Source of the DNA: a virus
Taxonomy: Duplodnaviria > Caudoviricetes
IMG/VR virus record: IMGVR_UViG_2595698332_000001
Coordinates: 4,528-68,527 of that record
Length of the DNA stretch: 64,000 bases
Reading direction: 5' to 3' (one strand)
The notes under the pieces are model-generated. The model made no database searches. It saw only the letters and a list, made by a program, of their open reading frames with translations, and was not told where the DNA came from. Shown piece by piece: positions 47,934 through 57,843 of the stretch. Each line of letters starts with the position of its first letter. The first letter of the stretch is position 1. A program made the position numbers and the translations under genes.

Positions 47934-48098
47934 TTAGCGTTCGGCGGTGGTTTCGAGCCGGTCTTTCGCACAAGACCGACAAGCGAACTTCGAGGACGGG
48001 TTCACGCCGTTGGCGCGCGTCCAGCCCCCGGTTCGTGGGTCTCGCCGGATGGGGAGACCGTTGATTCGAGGCCCGCCGCAGAAGTCACACTCGTTCAT
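47934..48098 (-). CDS. Zn-finger microprotein, 54 aa
   Basis: MNECDFCGG...ACRSCA. Confidence 0.55.
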   Translation of the reverse strand: MNECDFCGGPRINGLPIRRDPRTGGWTRANGVNPSSKFACRSCAKDRLETTAER

Positions 48099-48337
48099 GT
48101 GCCCTCGATGCGGTCGGCGGCCTCGCGCAGTTCTTCCACGATGCGTTCTGCGTCGTCGGGGCCTCGCTCCAGCCCGGTCGCCATCTCCCGCGCTCTGTCG
48201 GGGGACAAGTGCTGGTGCGTTTCGCCCTGCTCGTAGACGACTGTCGCCGTCTCGTCGTCGGTGTAGACCCGGATGGGGCCATCACCGAGTTTAAGCGACC
48301 AGTCCGGGTCGTCAGCGAAGCCGAAGTCATCACCCAT
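48095..48337 (-). CDS. Hypothetical protein
   Basis: 80 aa acidic. Confidence 0.65.
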   Translation of the reverse strand: MGDDFGFADDPDWSLKLGDGPIRVYTDDETATVVYEQGETHQHLSPDRAREMATGLERGPDDAERIVEELREAADRIEGT

Positions 48338-48343
48338 GAAGGC

Positions 48344-49708
48344 TTAGGCGGCCTCCTCGCCCTCGTCGGTTTCGGTCTCGCCGCCAGCGGTGACGAGCAT
48401 CGTGCGGAGTTCTTCCTGCCGCGTCTCGAACTCGTCGCGCTGGTGGCTGATGTTCTGCTCGAACTTCTCGACCGCCGCGGAGTACGAGAACTCATCGAGT
48501 TCTCCCTCGCCCTCGGCTTCACGGCGACGACGCTCGGCGAACTGCTCGGCCCGAGCATCGACCGTGTTGATGGCCTGCGCCGGGTTCATCACCATGTCGT
48601 TCGAGGCGTTCACGAGGTCGTTGAGGCGGCTCGTGTTCTCACCACCGCGGTAGTGGTGGGTGATGGCGTAGGTCGCGCCGGAGTGGAGTTCCCACATCGT
48701 GGGGAGGAACTGGTTCTCGGCGCGGCTCCGAACGTTCGAGGCGGCTTCGCGGGCGAGGTAGGTCGGGAACCCGGCCATCTCGAACCACGCCTGAAGGTCG
48801 TCGTTGTGGCCCGTGACTTCCGAGAACTCGAAGTCGAGGTAGTCCACTTCGATGTTGTTCGCTTCCTCGATGACCTCGGCGAGCCGGTCGGTCATCAAGT
48901 CCATCTCGGCGAGGATGTCGTCCCACCACTCGCGGGTTTCGGACGGCTCGCCGACGTGCCGCCGGGTCTTCTCCTCCGTGATGTTGCGGATGGAGTTCTG
49001 ACAGTAGCGGTCTTGGGCGAAGCCTTCCGCGTAGAGGGCCGTTCCGCCGAAGTAGTCGTACCCCGTGCGGATGCCGAGCAGGATGGGGCCGCCCTCGGTG
49101 TCGTCGCCGATGTCGATGCTGAAGGCGTCGAACAAGAGTTCCATGTGAACTTCGCCGCCGCCTTTGTAGGTGCGAACCTCACCGAACACCGCGTCGCCGA
49201 GGTCTTCATCACGAAGCGCCTGCTCCAGCGGCTCGTAGAAGTCCATCGGGTTGACGATGGTGTAGTCGGTGGTCGGGACGTGCCACAGAGGGTCACGCCA
49301 CTGGTTATTGTTCTCTTTGCGGAACTCGCCCTGTACCCACTCCGTCATCTTGTCGGGCGAAACGACCGACTGGAAGCGGTCGGTAGCGATGAAGATGTCT
49401 CCCTGTGCCGTCTCGAAGGCTTCGACCCCATCGGGCGAGTCCTCGTTGATGGTGTCCACGTCGAGGCGGTTGGCGACCTGCTCGGGCACCTTCCAAGCGT
49501 TGGTCGTCGGCTCGGCGCGTTCGAGGCCCCGAAGGGCCGTCGCCAGTGAAGTCTCCGGCATGTCGTCCGGGTAGACCTCGGTGCCGAGGTTGCCCGTGTA
49601 ATCCACGGAGGCGGCCTGCTGTGCCTTCTCCGAGAGTTCCACGTTGTTGTGGCGGGTGAGTCCTGCGAACTGTACCACGTCGTCGGGTTTCGTGCTTCGT
49701 CGGGGCAT
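48344..49708 (-). CDS. DUF932/DUF945-like protein
   Basis: T.DYTIVNP, GYDY.G, RYCQNS, RRHVG and TMWELHSGATYAITH resemble DUF932 motifs. Confidence 0.55.
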   Translation of the reverse strand: MPRRSTKPDDVVQFAGLTRHNNVELSEKAQQAASVDYTGNLGTEVYPDDMPETSLATALRGLERAEPTTNAWKVPEQVANRLDVDTINEDSPDGVEAFETAQGDIFIATDRFQSVVSPDKMTEWVQGEFRKENNNQWRDPLWHVPTTDYTIVNPMDFYEPLEQALRDEDLGDAVFGEVRTYKGGGEVHMELLFDAFSIDIGDDTEGGPILLGIRTGYDYFGGTALYAEGFAQDRYCQNSIRNITEEKTRRHVGEPSETREWWDDILAEMDLMTDRLAEVIEEANNIEVDYLDFEFSEVTGHNDDLQAWFEMAGFPTYLAREAASNVRSRAENQFLPTMWELHSGATYAITHHYRGGENTSRLNDLVNASNDMVMNPAQAINTVDARAEQFAERRRREAEGEGELDEFSYSAAVEKFEQNISHQRDEFETRQEELRTMLVTAGGETETDEGEEAA

Positions 49709-49789
49709 AGGTTGTGTCCCGCCGTCTTTGTTTTAGGACGCAGGCGGCTTCGTCCGATGAGGCGTCGGGGTCGTGAACCCCGTGGAGTC

Positions 49790-49879
49790 TTACTCTACGC
49801 CTTCACAGCACTCGTCGGCTACCTGCTTGCCGTAGTAGCGGGAGCCGCACGTTTCGCACTCGTACTGTGGCTCACTCAT
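49790..49879 (-). CDS. Zn-finger microprotein, 29 aa
   Basis: MSEPQYECETCGSRYYGKQVADECCEGVE. Confidence 0.6.
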   Translation of the reverse strand: MSEPQYECETCGSRYYGKQVADECCEGVE

Positions 49880-50150
49880 CTCCATCTTCGGCCACCTCCA
49901 CGGCCTCGGTCACGACCTCCTCGACCTGCGCCGGAGGAATCGTGATGTTCGCCTCGATGCTTTCGACCTCGACGGTCGGGACGTTCACGGCGAGCGTCAT
50001 CGGGACTGCGACCTCGTAAGGAGACGACCGGCCCGAAGCCGGTGCCGTCTTCCTGAAGCGGATGTCGTCATCTCGCCAGTTCACGACGAGGTAGCCGTCG
50101 TACTCTTTCGTCTGTTCTTCAGTCCGGGCGTTTGTCGTGATTTCACTCAT
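49872..50150 (-). CDS. Hypothetical protein
   Basis: 92 aa from MSEITT. Confidence 0.65.
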   Translation of the reverse strand: MSEITTNARTEEQTKEYDGYLVVNWRDDDIRFRKTAPASGRSSPYEVAVPMTLAVNVPTVEVESIEANITIPPAQVEEVVTEAVEVAEDGDE

Positions 50151-50424
50151 CGTAGGGCGGGAGTTCGTGCTTCTTCCTGAACTCGGGGTCGTCAACTTCG
50201 CCTGTCTTCAGGGCTTCTTTCATCACCGGGTCGTCGGGGCCGTACTTCTCGACGTGTTCATCCCACGTCAGCATCTCCGGCGGCTCGTGGTGGGGTAGCG
50301 GCTCCATCCGAGGCGGGGCGGTTAACCCCGCGAGGATGAGCGGAACCACGATGATGAGGAACACCGCACCAACGACGGCCAGCCCGCCGAGAATAGCGGA
50401 TTCGAGGGTCACGGATGACCACAC
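50143..50424 (-). CDS. Small membrane protein
   Basis: Hydrophobic AILGGLAVVGAVFLIIVVPLILAG; start uncertain. Confidence 0.6.
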   Translation of the reverse strand: MWSSVTLESAILGGLAVVGAVFLIIVVPLILAGLTAPPRMEPLPHHEPPEMLTWDEHVEKYGPDDPVMKEALKTGEVDDPEFRKKHELPPYDE

Positions 50425-50588
50425 TCCCCGTCGATGTGACGCCGGACAGTCGCCTCCTTTCGTTCGAGCATGAAGGCGATGTCAGCCGGGGTTCGGCCCG
50501 CGAAGCGAAGGTGCCGCATCGCCTCGCACTCGTGGTAGCCGACGTAGTTCTCTTTGACCTCCGCCGGAGTTCGAGTATCAGTAGTCAT
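50409..50588 (-). CDS. Small HTH-like protein, 59 aa
   Basis: TPADIAFMLERKEATVRRHIDGECGH. Confidence 0.55.
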   Translation of the reverse strand: MTTDTRTPAEVKENYVGYHECEAMRHLRFAGRTPADIAFMLERKEATVRRHIDGECGHP

Positions 50589-50794
50589 AGGCTCTCACCC
50601 TGTTGAGACTCTGTATAGAACTCGGCGGGGTCATCGGGTTTTAGCCCGAGTATCACAGAACGATTTACTACCGGGAGTCGTACTGTGAGAGACCTGTAGA
50701 TTCCTCTCGGTGTGATGATGCTCCGGTACTTGAACCCCGGAGAGTACCGAGGGGTGCGTTCCACCATACGAACCGACGGCTTCGGGAACTTCAT
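50585..50794 (-). CDS. Hypothetical protein
   Basis: 69 aa from MKFPKP; ATGA coupling on both sides. Confidence 0.5.
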   Translation of the reverse strand: MKFPKPSVRMVERTPRYSPGFKYRSIITPRGIYRSLTVRLPVVNRSVILGLKPDDPAEFYTESQQGESL

Positions 50795-51267
50795 GCGTGC
50801 CTCTTGCTCCAGTTCACGTACTCCGCCCACTCCTCGCTGAAGCGGCGGTAGTTACGCGACTTCTTATTGAACGCCTCGATGGTGTCCAGTTCGTCGTCTG
50901 TCCAGCCCGACTTCAGGGCCTTCTGCCGGTCGCGGAGATACGGCCACGCAGTTACCGCGATGCGATAGCCGTCGAGATGAAACCCCGCGAGGAACCAGTA
51001 TTCCACGCCGTCGCCGTTGCGAGTCCACGAGAAGGCCGCACAACCGTCGCCGTTGTCCTTCAAGTCGCCCTCGACAATACAGCGGGCGATGACCTCGCCG
51101 TCGAGGAACCGCTCGGACTCTTTCATCCGCTGGCGGAAATGCGAGCAGACGTGGTACGCCTCGGGCTGGTGGGGGTAATCGCTCGGGTGAAACCGCCGGG
51201 CGCGGTCGATGGGGATGACTTGCTTGCCAACCTCATCGGGGTGAATCATAGATTCACTGACCGCCAA
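50791..51267 (-). CDS. Hypothetical protein
   Basis: 158 aa; SHFRQRM...IAVTAW, loosely RelE/BECR-like. Confidence 0.65.
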   Translation of the reverse strand: MAVSESMIHPDEVGKQVIPIDRARRFHPSDYPHQPEAYHVCSHFRQRMKESERFLDGEVIARCIVEGDLKDNGDGCAAFSWTRNGDGVEYWFLAGFHLDGYRIAVTAWPYLRDRQKALKSGWTDDELDTIEAFNKKSRNYRRFSEEWAEYVNWSKRHA

Positions 51268-51553
51268 TTGGAATCACCTCTGCGTCCGGGTCGAGCATCG
51301 CTCGCTCGATGAGCAGTCGGATGCCGATGCCCTCGCCCATCATCTCGGCGACCATCGCGTCGTTCTCAGCCCGCCGTGCGAGGCCCGGAGAGAGGCCACC
51401 GACCGCCGTCGTGCGTCGCTCGCTTTCGCCAGCGAACTGGATGTAAGCCCTGTCAGGCACTTGGTCGAGGTCGGTGTTCTCCGAGTCCGTCACGTCGAAG
51501 CCGTTGATACCGTGGATGTACGCCGCAACTTCGTCCGTCATTTGGTTGTTCAT
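51254..51553 (-). CDS. Hypothetical protein
   Basis: 99 aa; leader motif upstream. Confidence 0.65.
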   Translation of the reverse strand: MNNQMTDEVAAYIHGINGFDVTDSENTDLDQVPDRAYIQFAGESERRTTAVGGLSPGLARRAENDAMVAEMMGEGIGIRLLIERAMLDPDAEVIPIGGQ

Positions 51554-51692
51554 AGTTGGAAGGTTGTATCCCGCCCCGTTGGCGGGGAGGACACCGGGCG
51601 GGACTCGAACCCGCCGCCGCCCTGTCGGTGTCGGTCGCTTACTCCCTACTCAAAGAATAGAGTCGTGGAGTATTAATTCTTTCTGCGAAGAA

Positions 51693-52601
51693 CTACCCGT
51701 TGATGGCCTCCTCGGCGGCGTCCCGCAGGTCTTCGATTTCCTGCCGGGTTTCCGACGAGATGGGGGCGTGGCCCGCCGCGTCCTTCACCGCCTTCAGGCG
51801 GCGGTAGTACGCCTCGAAGCCGTCGTACATCTCCTCGGAGATGTCACGGGAGCCGAAGGCGTCGCGGATGGCCGAGCGAACGGTCGTCCCCTTCGGGGCG
51901 TCTCGAATCTCGATGACGACGCCGCGGATGTCTTCGTTGCTCAGGTCGTTGACCGGGCCGAAGTCGGCCTCGTCGGTGAAGATGGGCGTGTTGATGTGAC
52001 CGAAGAAGTCCATCAGCATCGCCAGTTCGTTCACGCCGCAGTGGCAGTAGGGGCAGAACTCCATCGAGTCAGCGAAGCGCGACGTGACGTTGAACGCCGT
52101 GCGGATGTCGTGCTTCTGGTCGCTGTGGCCGTGGTTCAGGCCGCAGACCGGGCACTCGAAGCCGGATACGCTGGCCGACTTCACCATCCCCTGCGCCTGC
52201 TGAAGGATGCTCGCCAGTTCGGGGTTCACGTCTTCGGCCTCCGTGATGGCGTCGCCGAAGTCGAGGTCGTTTCGCATCGTGTGGTCGCCGAGGCTCCAGC
52301 GGGTGGACTGGAAGCCAGCCGTGAACTCATCGACGGTCGTCGCCCGCTCCAAGAACGGGTAGACGAAGGACTCCTCGACCTCATCCGTCACGTCGTTGAT
52401 GTCCTCGGCGTCGGCCTCGTAGTAACCAGACTCACCGAGTTCCTGCGGCTCGACGGTGATGTCCACAAAGGGGTAGTCGTACCGGAGGTCTTCGGCCACG
52501 TCTTCGGCTTCCTCCTCGCTGAGGAACACGTCGTATTCGTCGCCCTCGAACAGCACCACGTACTCGAACTCGCCGCCGTTGTTGTCGTTGTTGTCGTTCA
52601 T
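51693..52601 (-). CDS. Hypothetical Zn-binding protein
   Basis: CPVCGLNHGH...KH...CPYCHC; leader motif upstream. Confidence 0.75.
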   Translation of the reverse strand: MNDNNDNNGGEFEYVVLFEGDEYDVFLSEEEAEDVAEDLRYDYPFVDITVEPQELGESGYYEADAEDINDVTDEVEESFVYPFLERATTVDEFTAGFQSTRWSLGDHTMRNDLDFGDAITEAEDVNPELASILQQAQGMVKSASVSGFECPVCGLNHGHSDQKHDIRTAFNVTSRFADSMEFCPYCHCGVNELAMLMDFFGHINTPIFTDEADFGPVNDLSNEDIRGVVIEIRDAPKGTTVRSAIRDAFGSRDISEEMYDGFEAYYRRLKAVKDAAGHAPISSETRQEIEDLRDAAEEAING

Positions 52602-52697
52602 TTTCGGTTGTGTCCCGCCGTCATTTGTAGTGCGCCCAACGGGTTGGCGCGAAACGCAGTCGGGGTCGTGAACCCCGAGGGGTCTTAGCCTACTGCG

Positions 52698-53387
52698 TCA
52701 GACCGGAGTGACCGTCACTCCCCACATCGCTCGGGCTATGAACTCCATCTCGGCGTTGGTGAGCCGGTAGCGCACTCCGTCTACCGTGAGTTCACGCTCC
52801 ATCTCGCTCGGCGCGTTGCCGAAGCGCACCTGATACGCCTTCTCCGTGGAACCGGGGGCCACCGACGACCCCACGACTCGGCGGCTCGTCGTGTCCGGGT
52901 GGTAGAACTTCCGCGACCACGTTAGGAGCAGGTGGCCGTTGAGGAGCCAGCCGTCGCCGTTCACCTCAACGTGGCCCGCAAAGGGCGGCTGTTCGGCCAG
53001 CCCGTCGATGACCCGTCGCCGCACCCGGCCTTCACGAACGTTGTCGTAGAGCCGGATGATGGGGGTAGGGTCGTCGCCGTCGGCTTCTTCGTAGACCTCG
53101 ATGAGAGCATCCACGAGTTTCGTCTTCAGGTGAACCCCGAGGTGAAGGGGGTCGTAGTCGCCGATGCGGATGGTGTAGTTTTCCGCCGCGTCGTCGGGCT
53201 GAACTGTAACCTGCGGGTGGTCGTCGTTCGCCGCGAAGATGAGGATTTCATCACCCCGGCGGAGCAGGCCCCATAGGCCGTGGTCGAACAGCAGGCGGTT
53301 CAGGGGAGACAGCGGGACGAGTTCGATTTCGCCGTCGTCGTTCTCTACGAGCAGGTTGGCGTCGTTCTTGTCGAGTAGTTTAGGCAT
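52698..53387 (-). CDS. Hypothetical protein
   Basis: 229 aa; GGAGGT upstream. Confidence 0.7.
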   Translation of the reverse strand: MPKLLDKNDANLLVENDDGEIELVPLSPLNRLLFDHGLWGLLRRGDEILIFAANDDHPQVTVQPDDAAENYTIRIGDYDPLHLGVHLKTKLVDALIEVYEEADGDDPTPIIRLYDNVREGRVRRRVIDGLAEQPPFAGHVEVNGDGWLLNGHLLLTWSRKFYHPDTTSRRVVGSSVAPGSTEKAYQVRFGNAPSEMERELTVDGVRYRLTNAEMEFIARAMWGVTVTPV

Positions 53388-53508
53388 CGTTACCTCCGAA
53401 TAGGTCGCCGAGCGTTCGCTCCTCGTACTCGAACAGCGAGTGGTACTCGGTGGGGTCGATGTGTTCGTGCGGCTTGCCGGGCTTGTAGGTGGGTTCAGGT
53501 AGGTTCAT
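53380..53508 (-). CDS. Small hypothetical protein, 42 aa
   Basis: MNLPEPTYKPG...; GGAGG upstream. Confidence 0.5.
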   Translation of the reverse strand: MNLPEPTYKPGKPHEHIDPTEYHSLFEYEERTLGDLFGGNDA

Positions 53509-53509
53509 C

Positions 53510-56308
53510 TCACTCCTCCAGTAGTTCAGCGACGAGGCCAGCGCGGCCAACGAACTCCTGCGCCTCATCGGGTTCGAGGTCGGTCGGGTCGAGGCCCGCC
53601 TCGTGGAAGCCGAGCAGGATGCCCTGAACTACGCCGTCGCGCTTCTGCTTGTGGAACAGCCGGTAGACATCGCTGTTGTTGCTCCACTCGGGGGTCTTCG
53701 CTTTCGTCTCCAACTTCTTGAAGTCCGAAGACGAGATGTGCTTGAAGTTCAGGCCGCACGAGCCGTAGTAGTGGCTCGAACCAACGCGAAGGCCGACGAT
53801 GCTTTCGCGGTTGGGGAACTCCTTACGGAGCGCGTACTCGGCTCGCTTCAGGGTGCGACTGTCGGCCACGGCCAGCAACACGTCGGGCTTCTCCGCGGGG
53901 TCATTCCAGTAGACCTCGCCCTGCGTGTAGTCGGCGACGAGCCGCCGAAGGCGGCTGTGGTAGCCGTCGGTCATCAAGAGTTCGCGGTGCTTTCGGGCGG
54001 TGACGTAGACCAGAGCGACGAAGCGGTCGTCGTCGTTGAGTTGGGCGGGGGTCATCGCGCCGTCTTCGGTTGCGATGGCCGCCGTCTCACTCCACGACTT
54101 GAACTCCTCGAAGGTGAACACTCGGTCGTAGTCTTTCAGGGCCTCGTACTCGGCGTTAGTCGCCGAGGCGATGGCGGCGTGACGCTGAAGGTCGTAGTGG
54201 TCGCTGATGGATTCGCCGGAGCGAAGGAACAGCACGACGTTTTTGTGGCCGCCGATGTTGCCGTTGCCTTCGAGCGTCTTTTTGACCCGCTCGATGGAGA
54301 GCCGCTGGTCGATTTGCTTGTTCCGGTTGTTCGTGCGGAACTTCAGGATGCGGTCGCCGACCGTCTGCGGCTTCGACTTCTTTTTGTCCGACCGCTGTTG
54401 CCGCTTCTTGTGGCGGTCGTGAACCGACTGCGGAACGGTGAAGTCGTGGTCGTCGCTCTGTTCGAGCGGGACTTCCTTCAGGAGTTTGAACCCGAAGTTC
54501 TCCTCGTACTCCTCGTACTTTCGGGCACTGCCGGTCACGATGACGGCGGCGTCGCTGAACGTCTCGTAGACGACCTTATACTGGTCGCCGAAGTTGCCGC
54601 CGGTCGAGGCGGCCATAAAGACGTGCGACGGGTCGCTCTTTGCGAGGATGTCCCCGAGGTACGTCTCGCTTCGGGACTTCTTTTTCCGCGGCGAGTAGGT
54701 GTTCCGCTTTGCGTGGTCAACCTCTTTGAACAAGAGGTAGACGCGCTCTGCCGTCTTGTCGTTGTAGTCCGGCGTGCCTTCGAGGTCACGAAGGAACGAC
54801 TTGAAGTTGTGCGACGACCGGAAGGTGCTGTACGACTTGTGGTACATCACCATCCGCTTGAAGACCTTCCAGTCGTCCGGGTACTGCTGGATGGCTTCAG
54901 CCGGGTGGTCGAGGTCGGCCATCGCTTGTGCGATGTCGCTCACGACCTCGAACTCGGCCTGCTTCACCTGCTCGGAGAGCCAGTTGAAGAACGCCTTCGA
55001 GTGGCTGTCTTTCTGGAAGCGGTCACGGTCAACCGTCGGCTCCGGCAGGATGATGTCGTCGTCGTGAAGTTCGTCCACCTGACTGCGGTACTCACCCCGA
55101 TGAGGCCCGGCGATGATGCGGCCCTGCTCGTCGTGGATTTGGAGCGCGACCTTCCAGAAGGACTTCACCTTCTGCCCGGTGTTGCGGTCAATTTCCATCG
55201 AAACGAGCCACGTATCGGGCGACTTGTGGCTGTCGGGGATGTTCGGGCCAGCGACCGCCGTGAACTCACCGGGCCGGTCGATGACGACCGGGGGGTTGTT
55301 GAACTTGTCCACGAAGGACTCGCCGCCGTACTCCTCCTTCACGATGGTCTGCCCCGAACGGTGTTCGCGGTACAGCATCGGAACGCGAAGCGCGGCTCCG
55401 AACTTCTTCGCCCACGACTTGAACGACTTCAGGCTCACGGACTCCTGAATCGGGATGGTGAAGCGGGTGCCGTAGAAGTCGTCCACCTCGTCGTTGAGCA
55501 GGTCGTAGCCGCCGGGGTAAATGTAGGCCCGGTGGCCGTCGTTGTCGAAGTCCTGCTTCACGGCGGCGTCGTCGGGGAGTCGGGAGCGGGTTTCACCGAC
55601 CATACCCCCCTCCATCCCGGTCATAATGGCGAAGGTTCGCGCCCCCGCACCCCACTTGCCGCCCGTGTCGCCATCCACGGCGGCCCCGGAACGACCGAGG
55701 AAGTTGTACGCCCCGTCGAGTTCTTCGAGCGTCATCCCGATGCCGTTGTCCGTGAAGACGACCTTCCGTTCGTCGTGGTGAAGGTCAACCTCGATGGTGG
55801 GGTCGTAGCCGATACTGCGAGCCGCCTCGACCACTTCGTGAAGGTGGCGGGGGACGGTAATCGTCTTCAAGTCGCCGGGGTCATCGGCATACCGCGCGAG
55901 AATCTTCTGCCGGTCGCCGTCAACAGCGACCGTCTCGCCCGTCTCTTTGTTCACCCATAGGGTGTGGTGAAGCCACTCCGCCCCGTAGTCGGGGTGGTTC
56001 TTCAGGGCGAGCCGGGCGGCCCGAAGGCACGCGGTCTCTGCGTTTTGCGTGAACTCACGGAAGAACACCTCGTCGTCGCCGTAAATCTGGTCGGTGAAGA
56101 CCTCCTTAATCCAGTCGGGGTCAACCTGAAGCGCCCGCGACCCAGTTCCACCGAGCGCGGCGGCTCGGGGGTCGTCGGAGTCGATGACGCCGAGGTTCTT
56201 CAGTTCGCCTTTGCCCTCGGCGGCACTCACGATGTCGCCGTCGTTCGGGATGGTCGCAACGTCGTTGTCTGCCTGTTCGGCCTGCGTCGGAAGGTTGTGT
56301 TCGCTCAT
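53510..56308 (-). CDS. GHKL (Hsp90/MORC-like) ATPase, rIIA-like architecture
   Basis: REFTQNA, FTDNGIGM, GKWGAG and GTRFTIP Bergerat motifs; 932 aa. Confidence 0.82.
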   Translation of the reverse strand: MSEHNLPTQAEQADNDVATIPNDGDIVSAAEGKGELKNLGVIDSDDPRAAALGGTGSRALQVDPDWIKEVFTDQIYGDDEVFFREFTQNAETACLRAARLALKNHPDYGAEWLHHTLWVNKETGETVAVDGDRQKILARYADDPGDLKTITVPRHLHEVVEAARSIGYDPTIEVDLHHDERKVVFTDNGIGMTLEELDGAYNFLGRSGAAVDGDTGGKWGAGARTFAIMTGMEGGMVGETRSRLPDDAAVKQDFDNDGHRAYIYPGGYDLLNDEVDDFYGTRFTIPIQESVSLKSFKSWAKKFGAALRVPMLYREHRSGQTIVKEEYGGESFVDKFNNPPVVIDRPGEFTAVAGPNIPDSHKSPDTWLVSMEIDRNTGQKVKSFWKVALQIHDEQGRIIAGPHRGEYRSQVDELHDDDIILPEPTVDRDRFQKDSHSKAFFNWLSEQVKQAEFEVVSDIAQAMADLDHPAEAIQQYPDDWKVFKRMVMYHKSYSTFRSSHNFKSFLRDLEGTPDYNDKTAERVYLLFKEVDHAKRNTYSPRKKKSRSETYLGDILAKSDPSHVFMAASTGGNFGDQYKVVYETFSDAAVIVTGSARKYEEYEENFGFKLLKEVPLEQSDDHDFTVPQSVHDRHKKRQQRSDKKKSKPQTVGDRILKFRTNNRNKQIDQRLSIERVKKTLEGNGNIGGHKNVVLFLRSGESISDHYDLQRHAAIASATNAEYEALKDYDRVFTFEEFKSWSETAAIATEDGAMTPAQLNDDDRFVALVYVTARKHRELLMTDGYHSRLRRLVADYTQGEVYWNDPAEKPDVLLAVADSRTLKRAEYALRKEFPNRESIVGLRVGSSHYYGSCGLNFKHISSSDFKKLETKAKTPEWSNNSDVYRLFHKQKRDGVVQGILLGFHEAGLDPTDLEPDEAQEFVGRAGLVAELLEE

Positions 56309-56339
56309 TTTTGGAAGGTTGTGTGTTGGTTGCGTCGCT

Positions 56340-56579
56340 CTACGCCTCGATGTCGTCCACCGACAGAACCATCGGCTCGTCGTCGGTGTCTATGGCGTTC
56401 TCTGCGGTGAAGAACACGCCAATAGTCTCGTCGTCGTAGCGGTGGAAGTCGTAGAACTCCGTGTAGTTCTCGGCGTCGTCAAACGCTTCGTGAAACGCGA
56501 CGAGGGCGTCTTCACGGGTCGAAGCCTGCGTTAGCAGTTCGTAGCGGTGCGGCATCTCGGGTGTGGTTGTGTCCATCAT
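56340..56579 (-). CDS. Hypothetical protein
   Basis: 79 aa from MMDTTTPE. Confidence 0.6.
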   Translation of the reverse strand: MMDTTTPEMPHRYELLTQASTREDALVAFHEAFDDAENYTEFYDFHRYDDETIGVFFTAENAIDTDDEPMVLSVDDIEA

Positions 56580-56729
56580 TTTCGGTCGAGTCCCGCCGTC
56601 TTCACGGGGTTGGGCACCCCGAAGAAATGAAGCGGGTAACGTTAATTCTTTCGCTATGCGTTTCACCCACTCGATGTGGGCAGGAGCCGGAGGGGAGTCG
56701 AACCCCTCGGGGGCCTGATTACCCGCGGC

Positions 56730-56903
56730 TTAGTTCTCGGAGTAGTCGTCGGCGGCGTCGTCCACGATGTCGTGAAGCGAGTCTATCGCTTCATCGAGTT
56801 CGTCCCAGTCGTCCGGGTGAAGCGTCTGCTTCAGTCCTTCGAGGTCGTCAACGTGGTCGTGCCATCGCTCGCGGAATACCTCGGGGTCGTCGGTCGTCGT
56901 CAT
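56730..56903 (-). CDS. Hypothetical protein
   Basis: 57 aa acidic; TAATG coupling. Confidence 0.6.
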   Translation of the reverse strand: MTTTDDPEVFRERWHDHVDDLEGLKQTLHPDDWDELDEAIDSLHDIVDDAADDYSEN

Positions 56904-57694
56904 TACTCCAGCCCCCACACGAAGTCTTCGAGGTCGTCCATCGCGTCGAACTCGGGGTAGTAGCGTTTCACGGGGTAAGCGTCTGCGTGGATGACTGTTA
57001 AGTCGTTCGCCCCTCCGTCGAGTTCGGCGTCGTTACGACGCCGCAGTTCACTCAGGTAGAAGTTGTGAGCCTTTGCCGACGAGGTGTGCCACATCCGGCG
57101 CGACTTCGTGGCCGTCGCCATCTGTTGCCCCTCCTCCATCCAAAGGTCGAAGGCGATTTCGACCTCGTAGAGCGTGAACTTCAGCATCTCATCCCAAAGG
57201 CGGCGGCGGGTGTCTACGTTTTCCGCGCCGTACTCCTCGGCCAGTATTTGCCGAAGGACGAGTTCACGAGCGAAGTCTTCGGGGTGGTCGTAGGGGACGT
57301 TTTGGGCGTAGTGAACCTGTTCACGGACGATTTCCTCGCCGAGCCACGCCGGGAGGTCTTCGACTTCGTAGGACACTATTCGAGCGAACTCTCCGGGCGA
57401 CGAAGCGTTACGCTCGCTGATACTTTGCTCTGCCCACGAAGTGATGAGCCGCCGGAGGCCCTGAAAGCACTCGCCGTCGTTTCGCACGACGTTCTCGATG
57501 GTGACTCGGGTGATGCCGTTCTCGGGGTCGGGGGACAACGCCCCCAACACGTCGCTTCGCGTTACCGGCTCCACCCCCGCTTCGGGGTCGCCATCCCGCA
57601 GGATTCGGGCCACGTCTCGGGGGCCGAGGTAGGTCAGCACTTCATCCACAAGGTCTTTCGCGCGGTCGTTGTCGTCGTTGGTGGTTTCGCTCAT
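56903..57694 (-). CDS. Hypothetical protein
   Basis: 263 aa from MSETTND; leader motif upstream. Confidence 0.7.
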   Translation of the reverse strand: MSETTNDDNDRAKDLVDEVLTYLGPRDVARILRDGDPEAGVEPVTRSDVLGALSPDPENGITRVTIENVVRNDGECFQGLRRLITSWAEQSISERNASSPGEFARIVSYEVEDLPAWLGEEIVREQVHYAQNVPYDHPEDFARELVLRQILAEEYGAENVDTRRRLWDEMLKFTLYEVEIAFDLWMEEGQQMATATKSRRMWHTSSAKAHNFYLSELRRRNDAELDGGANDLTVIHADAYPVKRYYPEFDAMDDLEDFVWGLE

Positions 57695-57708
57695 AGGTTG
57701 TGTCTCCG

Positions 57709-57843
57709 TTAGTTCGCAGTGCGTTCGTCGTGGCAATCGCCGCAGTAGTACCCGATGTAGAGGCCCCGTCCCGTGTTCCACGGGATGAAACTCTCGCCAC
57801 ATCTGATACATCTCTTTTCGCCGGGGTTGCTGATGGCACTCAT
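57709..57843 (-). CDS. Zn-finger microprotein, 44 aa
   Basis: CIRCG...YCGDC. Confidence 0.55.
   Translation of the reverse strand: MSAISNPGEKRCIRCGESFIPWNTGRGLYIGYYCGDCHDERTAN

Noticed and set aside
53603-55960. 785-aa + strand ORF and similar long antisense ORFs (8534-9874, 9825-11006, 13774-14922, 48209-49549, 51474-52688)
   Set aside because: Shadow frames of GC-rich, codon-biased genes on the opposite strand; V/L/R-rich, non-acidic, no motifs
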